DNA of 64,000 nt from an uncultured Butyricicoccus sp. (GTDB lineage: Bacteria > Bacillota > Clostridia > Oscillospirales > Butyricicoccaceae). The notes under the pieces were generated by a model. The model was not told the origin of the DNA. It saw only the letters and a program-made list of their open reading frames with translations, and ran no database searches. The stretch lies in contig CALWUF010000060.1 in assembly GCA_944384655.1 (NCBI GenBank), forward strand, positions 6,102 to 70,101, read 5' to 3'. The translations under genes were made by a program, and so were the position numbers. Shown here piece by piece: positions 19,329 through 26,071 of this stretch; within the stretch, counting starts at the first letter, position 1, and each line of letters begins with the position of its first letter.

Positions 19329-20550
19329 TTCTGTTTGTGCCGCAGCAATCGGAACAATCGTTCTCCTTTCGCCAAAATATGCGCACGGTACGGTCTTGTT
19401 CCACCTCAATGCGGGACAACAAACGAGTGAGTTGCGCATGCGTTAGCGTACGAATCCAAGACGGTTGCACTGGCACGAGATCATGCAGGCAATGCTCCAA
19501 CAAATCGAACGCGATCGTTTCCGGGATGCTCACGGCATTTGTACAGGTGTTTTTATTGCGGTCATGATGCCAACACATCCAGTACCGCTGTCTCCCCCGC
19601 GTGCGCGGGGAAAATATACCCCCACATGTGCCGCAAACAATGAGACCGCTGAGCGGCAGTGTCGCGCGGCGGCTTTGATTCCATTGTCCACCAGATGCTG
19701 CAATCTTTTTCCGCCGTGCCATCTCCTGCTGGACAGCATCAAACCATGTGCGCGGGACAATGGCCCAATCCGGACGCTCATGTGAAAACCATTCGCTCTG
19801 CGGCAGCGGTTTGACTGTGCCATCCAGATAATCCACAACCGTACTTCGATGATTGACCAATGTGCCGCAATACACCGGATTGCACAGGCAACGGCGCACA
19901 CCGCGCGATTCCCACTGTTTTCCCAACTTGGTCGGTGTGCCCATCCGATTGAGTTCCTGTGCAATGCGTGCCGCACCCCAGCCGTCCAAATATCGAGCAA
20001 ACATGAATCGAACCGCTTCCGCTTCCGCAGAACAGATGCTCAAGGTAAACAAATCCAGACGATCATAGCCGTACAGCATGGGCGGCACACGTCCCTTTTT
20101 CGCGTTGAGTTCTTTGCCGAATTTTACACGTTTGGAGAGATTTGCGCTCTCTTCCTGTGCGAGAGACGCATAAACCGTCAGAATAAATTCCGAATCGCCC
20201 AAGCTCTCCTGTCCGGATGACAAAAAACGCACGGCAATCCCCTGTTTTTTAAGCGCACGGATTGCCTGTAGACAATCGACAGTATTGCGTGCAAACCGGG
20301 AAATGTCCTTGACCGCCACAAGATCAAAAACCCCACACGCAGCATCGGACAACATACGCATAAATTGTTCCCTTCTGCGAAGCTGCCTGCCGGACACACC
20401 TTCATCGGCATAGACTGCGGCAAGCTCCATCCCTTCCCGCGCAGCATACTGCTCAAAAAATTCCTTCTGATGCATTAAACTGTCCAATTGTCCCTCTTTT
20501 TTTGTCGAAACACGGCAATAGGCTGCGAGACGTATTGTTTTATTTGTCAT
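19321..20550 (-). CDS. Large serine recombinase (SpoIVCA/CisA-like), 409 aa
   Basis: AYCRVST catalytic Ser, YADEGVSG, KDISRFARN, recombinase domain, zinc ribbon LSGLIVCGTCG..YWMC..TC. SD GGAGG before ATG 20550. The stop codon lies in host DNA beyond the left junction. Confidence 0.95.
   Translation of the reverse strand: MTNKTIRLAAYCRVSTKKEGQLDSLMHQKEFFEQYAAREGMELAAVYADEGVSGRQLRRREQFMRMLSDAACGVFDLVAVKDISRFARNTVDCLQAIRALKKQGIAVRFLSSGQESLGDSEFILTVYASLAQEESANLSKRVKFGKELNAKKGRVPPMLYGYDRLDLFTLSICSAEAEAVRFMFARYLDGWGAARIAQELNRMGTPTKLGKQWESRGVRRCLCNPVYCGTLVNHRSTVVDYLDGTVKPLPQSEWFSHERPDWAIVPRTWFDAVQQEMARRKKIAASGGQWNQSRRATLPLSGLIVCGTCGGIFSPRTRGRQRYWMCWHHDRNKNTCTNAVSIPETIAFDLLEHCLHDLVPVQPSWIRTLTHAQLTRLLSRIEVEQDRTVRIFWRKENDCSDCCGTNRNT
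19336..19355. repeat. Left terminal inverted repeat (attP half-site)
   Basis: TGTGCCGCAGCAATCGGAAC, a 19/20 match to the reverse complement of 21226-21245. Confidence 0.95.
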
Positions 20551-20653
20551 CTCGACAGTCCTCCAGTTCCTGTAAAACTGCCAAAATTGATTGCCTGCAC
20601 TGCATATGATCGGACTGTACACGATAATCTGCTGAACTCAAACGTTTGCCCAT
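20540..20653 (-). CDS. Small 37-aa ORF overlapping the recombinase start (candidate directionality factor or regulator)
   Basis: MGKRLSSADYRVQSDHMQCRQSILAVLQELEDCRDDK. Strong SD GGAGGAGG 7 nt upstream. Stop lies within the first recombinase codons. Below the ORF-track cut-off. Confidence 0.6.
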   Translation of the reverse strand: MGKRLSSADYRVQSDHMQCRQSILAVLQELEDCRDDK

Positions 20654-20743
20654 AGTCATCCCTCCTCCCTGATGTTATATGCAAATTATCATTGCGTTTT
20701 GCTCCAAAACCGCCTACAATAACAACGAAAGGAAGGAATCGCC

Positions 20744-21220
20744 ATGAGAAACACCACACTGTGTTATATCGAACAAAATGGTAAGTATCTGATGCTTCAC
20801 CGCACAAAAAAAGAAAATGACCAGAGCCATGACAAATGGTTGGGGATCGGCGGCAAATTTGAGGACAAGGAAAGCCCGGAAGAATGCATCCTGCGCGAGA
20901 CGCGCGAGGAAACCGGTCTGACCCTGACAAGCTACCGCTACCGCGGCATTGTCACCTTCGTCTCGGATATCTGGGAAACGGAATATATGCATTTGTTTAC
21001 TGCAGATGGGTTTACAGGTACCCTGACAGACTGCGATGAAGGGGAGTGCCAGTGGATCCCCCGTGAAACACTGCTTTCACTGCCCATGTGGGAAGGCGAT
21101 CGTATTTTCCTAAATCTGTTGTTCGACCCGAAACAACCGTTCTTTTCGCTCAAGCTGGAGTATCAAAAGGATACCCTGATCTATGCTGCAAAAGATGGCA
21201 TTGCACTCCCGTTGAACTGA
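20744..21220 (+). CDS. Nudix hydrolase, MutT/8-oxo-dGTP diphosphatase-like (element cargo)
   Basis: Nudix box GGKFEDKESPEECILRETREETGL. SD AGGAAGGA. Stop is 5 nt before the right inverted repeat. Confidence 0.9.
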   Translation: MRNTTLCYIEQNGKYLMLHRTKKENDQSHDKWLGIGGKFEDKESPEECILRETREETGLTLTSYRYRGIVTFVSDIWETEYMHLFTADGFTGTLTDCDEGECQWIPRETLLSLPMWEGDRIFLNLLFDPKQPFFSLKLEYQKDTLIYAAKDGIALPLN

Positions 21221-21225
21221 ATCCC

Positions 21226-21245
21226 GTTCCGATTGCTGAGGCACA
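21226..21245. repeat. Right terminal inverted repeat (attP half-site)
   Basis: GTTCCGATTGCTGAGGCACA. Confidence 0.95.
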
Positions 21246-21248
21246 TCG

Positions 21249-21701
21249 TTCAACAACTGCCTCCGGCTTGTTCGCACGTTCAATCGTCTGCGCATTGGGC
21301 GAGCCCCCCTGCGATGAGAAAATACGTGCAGAGCCTTCGCTGCCATACAGAATTGCGCGTTTGTCATAATAGGCAAGACCACACAACTCCTGTGCACAAC
21401 CACAGCCTGTGCTGACCTCTGTGAAAATCTTGTAAAAATAGCGCACATCTATGCTGAAAAATCCCCGGTTGAAATCCACCGGCTGCACATCGATATCCAC
21501 ACACAACAGCTCTGCACGGCGCGGCTTAATGCTCGCTGAACGTTCCAGCAGTTCTTGTGAACTGCGCGTCAAATACACACGCAGGTCTCGAATGCATTCC
21601 TTTGAACGGCAGGCGTCAAAGATTTTTTTCGTGTGGGTGCACACGGCTTCCCGAATCTGAGTGTCACTGCACACTGGACCGGGTGTTACTCGTTCACTCA
21701 T
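21249..21701 (-). CDS. 5' half (151 aa) of the interrupted Cys-rich putative spore protein
   Basis: MSERVTPGP..EAVCTHTKKIFDACRSKECIRDLRVY..FNRGFFSIDVRYFY..LYGSEGSARIFSS..PEAVVE. SD GGAGG before ATG 21701. Confidence 0.88.
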
Positions 21702-21732
21702 AACTTCTCCCTCCATGTCGGTAATTCTGGAC

Positions 21733-21759
21733 TATACTATGCCGCACATGGGAAAAGGT
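21733..21759 (-). promoter_or_regulatory. SigK-like (mother-cell) promoter of the split gene
   Basis: Minus strand reads AC-N16-CATAGTATA, matching the B. subtilis sigK consensus AC-N16/17-CATAnnnTA. Confidence 0.55.
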
Positions 21760-21797
21760 GATTTCACAATGGAACCGTTATCAAGGAGGCTGATTTT

Positions 21798-22292
21798 ATC
21801 ACTGCACAAAACTATCAGACCTGGACACAGCCGCTGCGGCGCAGACCACGCCTGCTGCGCGCCATGCTGCTGCTCAACCGCATATTACCGCTGTTGCTCT
21901 ATGCCCTGTATCCGATTCTGCTTTTGTCTCTGCTTTTTCAGCAGGATGACCGGTTTTTGCGCGTACTTCTCACCCCGGGCATATCCTTTGTCTTGCTTTC
22001 CATATTCCGCGACCGCTTGAATGCACCGCGTCCCTATGAAGCGCTGGACATCGATCCGCTGATTCATAAAAATACCAAAGGACATTCATTTCCCAGCCGC
22101 CATGTATTTTCCATCTCAGTCATTGCCTGTTCGTTTTGGTACATCCATCCGCCTGTAGGAATGGTCCTGATGTTCTTCGCTGTCCTTACGGCTGTGATCC
22201 GTGTGCTTGGCGGGGTACATTTTCCGCGCGATGTGATCGCAGGTCTCGCAATCGGCGTCCTTTCCGGCGTCATCGGTTTTGTGTTGCTGTAA
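21798..22292 (+). CDS. PAP2-family membrane phosphatase (apparent ATC start codon)
   Basis: RPRPYE-like motif (APRPYE), SFPSRH, RVLGGVHFPRDV. Perfect SD AAGGAGG 8 nt before ATC 21798. First in-frame ATG is at 21864. Confidence 0.85.
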   Translation: MTAQNYQTWTQPLRRRPRLLRAMLLLNRILPLLLYALYPILLLSLLFQQDDRFLRVLLTPGISFVLLSIFRDRLNAPRPYEALDIDPLIHKNTKGHSFPSRHVFSISVIACSFWYIHPPVGMVLMFFAVLTAVIRVLGGVHFPRDVIAGLAIGVLSGVIGFVLL

Positions 22293-22308
22293 AGGAGGGG
22301 GCGATCCT

Positions 22309-22953
22309 GTGTCTATCTATGTCATGTCCGATCTGCACGGCGACTGGGCACATTTTAAATTGATGCTGCTAAAAATCCGTTTTTCCAGTTCCGATCATCT
22401 GTATCTCATCGGCGATATCGTCGATCGCGGTCCGCACGGCATCAAATTGCTGCAATTCATCCGTCAACAGAACAACATGACCTTGCTCATGGGCAACCAT
22501 GATATGATGCTGCTTCAAGGTCTTGCGCACTTCCACGAGTCGGGCGCCGAGGACTGGTTTGATCCACAAACCTACGCTGAGCTATGTCAGTTGTCCGATA
22601 TGGAGCGCACACAGCTCGCACAATATCTCTCCTCCTTACCGCTGTTTTTGACGGTTTCCGCAGGCGGACAGGATTATTTCCTGGTGCATGCCTGTCCTGC
22701 ACCAGACGGTGTGACTGGTGCTGACGCGTTGGAATACTTTCTTTGGGCGCGCGTCTCGCCCGAAAGCCAATTTGTCAAGCCAGTGATCGTGGGACACACA
22801 CCAACAGCCTATTATCAGGATACCATCCCGCTGCGCATCTGGCGAAACAATAATCTGATTGACATCGACTGCGGAACTGCCTACCGTTCCATTCTACCCG
22901 GCGGCTGTCTGGCTTGCCTGCGTCTGGACGACAACAAGGAATTTTATGTATAA
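22309..22953 (+). CDS. Calcineurin-like metallophosphoesterase (Ser/Thr phosphatase family)
   Basis: DLHG, GDIVDRG, GNHD, GHT motifs. GTG start after AAAGGAGG. Confidence 0.9.
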   Translation: MSIYVMSDLHGDWAHFKLMLLKIRFSSSDHLYLIGDIVDRGPHGIKLLQFIRQQNNMTLLMGNHDMMLLQGLAHFHESGAEDWFDPQTYAELCQLSDMERTQLAQYLSSLPLFLTVSAGGQDYFLVHACPAPDGVTGADALEYFLWARVSPESQFVKPVIVGHTPTAYYQDTIPLRIWRNNNLIDIDCGTAYRSILPGGCLACLRLDDNKEFYV

Positions 22954-23033
22954 CATAGTAATGCTGTCAGATATGTGATAAAATAACTGTACCGCATCAG
23001 AAATGCTATTCTTATAGAGGTGAAGAGATACTC

Positions 23034-23789
23034 ATGAAAGAAATATGTGTAAGGGGCTGCTGCATTGGAACGGGCATGCCCAAAATTTGTATCCCGATTG
23101 TTGCGCGCACCATGCGTGAACTTTTTGCTCAGGCGCGTGCTACCAATAACAAAACATTTGACATTGTAGAATGGCGTGTTGATTGGTTTGAAGAATTTAC
23201 CGATCCCGATATCGTTTGTCGAGCTGCGCGTGTACTGCGCGGTATTTTGGGCGAAAAACCCATCCTGTTCACATTCCGCACGAAAAAAGAAGGCGGTATG
23301 GCGGATATTGACACAAACTATTACATCGAATTAAACCGTATGGTTACATCCGAGCATCTGGTTGACATGATCGACGTCGAGTTGTTTACAGGCGACGACG
23401 TGGTTTGTCAGATCATTGCAAATGCACATGCAGCGAATGTCCCGGTCATCGTTTCCAGCCATGACTTTGAAAAGACGCCGCCGCATGACGAGCTGGTTGC
23501 CCGTCTTCACCGTGCAAAAGAACTCGGCGGCGATATCCTCAAACTCGCTGTTATGCCCCAGAACAGCCGGGATGTGCTCAACCTGTTGAGCGCAACGGAA
23601 GAGGTCTCCCGCACCAGCGAACGACCGGTTGTCACCATGTCGATGGGGGAATTGGGCATGATCAGCCGCCTGAGCGGTGAAATCTTCGGCAGTGCAATGA
23701 CCTTCGGTACAATCGGCTATGCGTCCGCTCCCGGACAGATTGGCATTGAACCGTTGCGCGAAGCGCTGGAGCTGCTGCACCACAAGTAA
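23034..23789 (+). CDS. aroD: Type I 3-dehydroquinate dehydratase
   Basis: PKICIPI, VEWRVD, FTFRTKKEGG, SSHDFEKTP, ILKLAVMP, SAPGQI. Confidence 0.95.
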   Translation: MKEICVRGCCIGTGMPKICIPIVARTMRELFAQARATNNKTFDIVEWRVDWFEEFTDPDIVCRAARVLRGILGEKPILFTFRTKKEGGMADIDTNYYIELNRMVTSEHLVDMIDVELFTGDDVVCQIIANAHAANVPVIVSSHDFEKTPPHDELVARLHRAKELGGDILKLAVMPQNSRDVLNLLSATEEVSRTSERPVVTMSMGELGMISRLSGEIFGSAMTFGTIGYASAPGQIGIEPLREALELLHHK

Positions 23790-23837
23790 ATCATCAACCA
23801 TGCAAAAGCCGCGGAGCATCGCCCCGCGGCTTTATTT

Positions 23838-24800
23838 TTAATCCTCTGCAACCTTTGCAATATATATGGTGCGGTTTGGAAGTGTTCCGTCCGCATCTGC
23901 GCTATCCTCGTTGTACACAGTTTTATAGTCGCTGTCAGCATATGCCTCATATCCGTCCGGTGCTTCTATCAAAACCGAAACGCCATCTGGCACAGCAACG
24001 GTTTCTCTCGATCCATCCGGATAGCACAGCGTAAATTCACGACTCCAGTCTGCTTTGCAGATATCCTTCCGCATAAAATCTGGCAAGGATACCATCGTAT
24101 TGTTATACGTCATACAACGCGAACGCGTGCATTCCTTCACTGTACCCTCGGCATCTGTGAAGTGATACGTGCGGAATACATCTAAAATGCGAAGGGTTTC
24201 CTTCTCCACGTCGTATTCCTGTGTTGTATACGTATATTTTCGACCGGCGCTGTCAGTAAAAGACATCGCAGAGATATCTGTAACAATGTGGTAGGTATCC
24301 CCGTTGTCAGTACAGGAAATCATCGTTTCTTTGCTGTTGTATTCGCCAAAACCATATTGATTGAACAGTTTTTCGGCATAGGTTGTGTCATTTCCGTCGT
24401 TTTTCTCCGGATCGTCCGCCAAAATCATCAGCACGGGTTCTTCCTCTTCTGTCAACGAAGCGGAATAATTGACGCCCTCGCGGGCGAAATAATAATGGAA
24501 TGACATGTCCTCCCTGCGAAAGCGTGAAACCAGCCCAAGATCATCATCCCAATACAACGTCAACAGTGAATTGGTTTCCCTATTGTCCGGTCCTTCGCGC
24601 AGACAAGTGCTCAGAGAAGGCTGTATGTCTGCCTCCTCATATGCCTGCAATGTATTCGCAGCATAAATTTCTTCCAGTGTCGGCGTTCCGTCCGGGAGCG
24701 CCGCACTTCCCGTATCTTCATTCGATGCCGTGCCACAGCCTGCCAGCAGAACAGTCATACAGGATGCAAGCACAAGTGCGGCAATTCGTTTCAAATTCAT
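23838..24800 (-). CDS. Uncharacterised lipoprotein
   Basis: Signal peptide with lipobox LAGC (Cys22). Acidic body with no recognised domain. Confidence 0.7.
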   Translation of the reverse strand: MNLKRIAALVLASCMTVLLAGCGTASNEDTGSAALPDGTPTLEEIYAANTLQAYEEADIQPSLSTCLREGPDNRETNSLLTLYWDDDLGLVSRFRREDMSFHYYFAREGVNYSASLTEEEEPVLMILADDPEKNDGNDTTYAEKLFNQYGFGEYNSKETMISCTDNGDTYHIVTDISAMSFTDSAGRKYTYTTQEYDVEKETLRILDVFRTYHFTDAEGTVKECTRSRCMTYNNTMVSLPDFMRKDICKADWSREFTLCYPDGSRETVAVPDGVSVLIEAPDGYEAYADSDYKTVYNEDSADADGTLPNRTIYIAKVAED

Positions 24801-24951
24801 ACTATGATCTCCATTATTTGCCTAAAATCTCTGTGTAACTGGCACAGGTTCAATGCATATAGTATCATATTTCCCGCGCTGATTCAAGAAATGTATGCCA
24901 TGGATGCAAACAAAAAGGCTGCCACCGCAGCCTTTTGCCAGGATTCGTCTG

Positions 24952-25356
24952 TCATTCACCAAAAAACCGCTTGATTTCAATTGCAGCAGTTTCTTCAGAA
25001 TCCGAACCGTGAATGAGATTTTCAGTTGTCGTGTTGGCAAAGTCACCGCGGATTGTGCCTGGCAGCGCCTCGCCAAACCGGGTGGCTCCCATTAGCATAC
25101 GCATACCAACAATGGCATTTTCACCCTCAACAATCATTGCCAACACCGGACCGGAAGTCATATATTCGACCAGCTCGGGAAAAAATGGCTTGTCTGCGAT
25201 ATGCGCATAATGTTCCTTCAAAATCGTCTCATCCAGCGTTTTCAGTTCACAGCGCACCATATGATAACCTTTTTTCTCAATACGGGAAATGATTTCACCT
25301 GCCAGACCGCGCTGAAGTGCATCCGGCTTGAGCATAATATATGTCTGCTGTACCAT
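24952..25356 (-). CDS. ndk: Nucleoside diphosphate kinase
   Basis: IMLKPDA, GTIRGDF, NLIHGSDS. Confidence 0.96.
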   Translation of the reverse strand: MVQQTYIMLKPDALQRGLAGEIISRIEKKGYHMVRCELKTLDETILKEHYAHIADKPFFPELVEYMTSGPVLAMIVEGENAIVGMRMLMGATRFGEALPGTIRGDFANTTTENLIHGSDSEETAAIEIKRFFGE

Positions 25357-25473
25357 CGTTCTCTATCTCCTCTCAAAATCAATAGATATCTCAAAATGTA
25401 TTATACCGTTTTTGCATTGGAAATACCAGATATTTCACACAAAATTTTCCTTTGATTACAGCGCTTGAAACAT

Positions 25474-25502
25474 TTGACAACCTTGCTTGCCAGTGGTATA
25501 GT
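25474..25502 (+). promoter_or_regulatory. SigA promoter of the que operon
   Basis: TTGACA-17 nt-TATAGT, with TG just upstream of the -10. Confidence 0.8.
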
Positions 25503-25519
25503 ATTGTGGAATGTAAATC

Positions 25520-25560
25520 AGACAGTTCGATTGCACCATCCTGTCTCTAAACAAAACCAG
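25520..25560 (+). ncRNA. Probable preQ1-I riboswitch aptamer
   Basis: P1 AGACAG/CTGTCT, loop beginning UUCG, A-rich tail UAAACAAAACCAG. Sits between the promoter and a terminator in the leader of que genes. Confidence 0.7.
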
Positions 25561-25592
25561 GGCTACTGTATTTGTGATACGCTATCCGATAC

Positions 25593-25618
25593 AGCAGGCC
25601 TTCACGCCTGCTTTTTTT
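25593..25618 (+). terminator. Leader terminator (riboswitch expression platform)
   Basis: AGCAGGC-CTTCAC-GCCTGCT followed by a T run, 21 nt before queD. Confidence 0.8.
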
Positions 25619-25639
25619 GTTTGCTTTGAAGGAGATTCT

Positions 25640-26068
25640 ATGTATTATTTAAAAGCGGAGACCAGCTTTGATGCGGCGCATTTTCTCGCTCAGTATGAAG
25701 GCAAATGCCGTAACATCCATGGACACCATTGGATTGTGCAGCTTCGCGTATGCGGTGAAACATTGCAGGATTCAACGCAGGAAAATGGCATGCTCGTGGA
25801 TTTTTCCCAGCTCAAGGGAGATTTAAAAGCAATGGTCGAACCATTGGATCACACGCTGATCTACGAAGCAGGTACACTGCATACACGTACGCACAATGCG
25901 CTCACGGAAGATGGTTTTTCCCTGACAGAAATCCCATTCCGCCCGACTGCGGAAAATTTTGCAAAATATTTCTTTGACTGCGCGGCAGCGCTCGGATATT
26001 GTGTCTCAGAAGCGACGGTATACGAAACGCCAAACAACTGTGCCTCCTACATCGGAGAGAAAGGCTGA
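25640..26068 (+). CDS. queD: 6-carboxytetrahydropterin synthase
   Basis: FDAAH..CRNIHGH, LDH, PTAEN, VYETP. SD GAAGGAG. Confidence 0.92.
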   Translation: MYYLKAETSFDAAHFLAQYEGKCRNIHGHHWIVQLRVCGETLQDSTQENGMLVDFSQLKGDLKAMVEPLDHTLIYEAGTLHTRTHNALTEDGFSLTEIPFRPTAENFAKYFFDCAAALGYCVSEATVYETPNNCASYIGEKG

Positions 26069-26071
26069 CAT

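Larger units (their letters stand above)
19332..21251. mobile_element. 1,920-bp serine-recombinase gene-intervening (skin-like) element
   Basis: Flanked by TTC direct repeats (19329-19331, 21249-21251) and 20-bp inverted repeats. Encodes a large serine recombinase, a 37-aa ORF and a Nudix hydrolase. Removal restores one ORF. Confidence 0.9.

Noticed and set aside
18912-19439. 175-aa ORF as an independent gene
   Set aside because: Its first 37 codons lie inside the recombinase gene and the element end. The conserved-looking part begins exactly at the junction (TLDP), so it is the 3' half of the split gene.
19332-21251. IS/transposon or prophage interpretation of the element
   Set aside because: There is no DDE/HUH transposase and no phage genes. 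The repeats are inset asymmetrically (4 and 3 nt) so that they centre on a 2-bp core after circularisation, as expected for serine-integrase att sites rather than transposon ends with a target duplication.
21150-21716. 188-aa ORF as a complete gene
   Set aside because: After AVVE it reads through the inverted repeat and antisense to the Nudix gene. This tail is element-derived.
21661-22020. 119-aa Cys-rich + strand ORF
   Set aside because: It overlaps both the split-gene start and the PAP2 gene in another frame. The Cys come from frame-shifted Leu/Ala codons.
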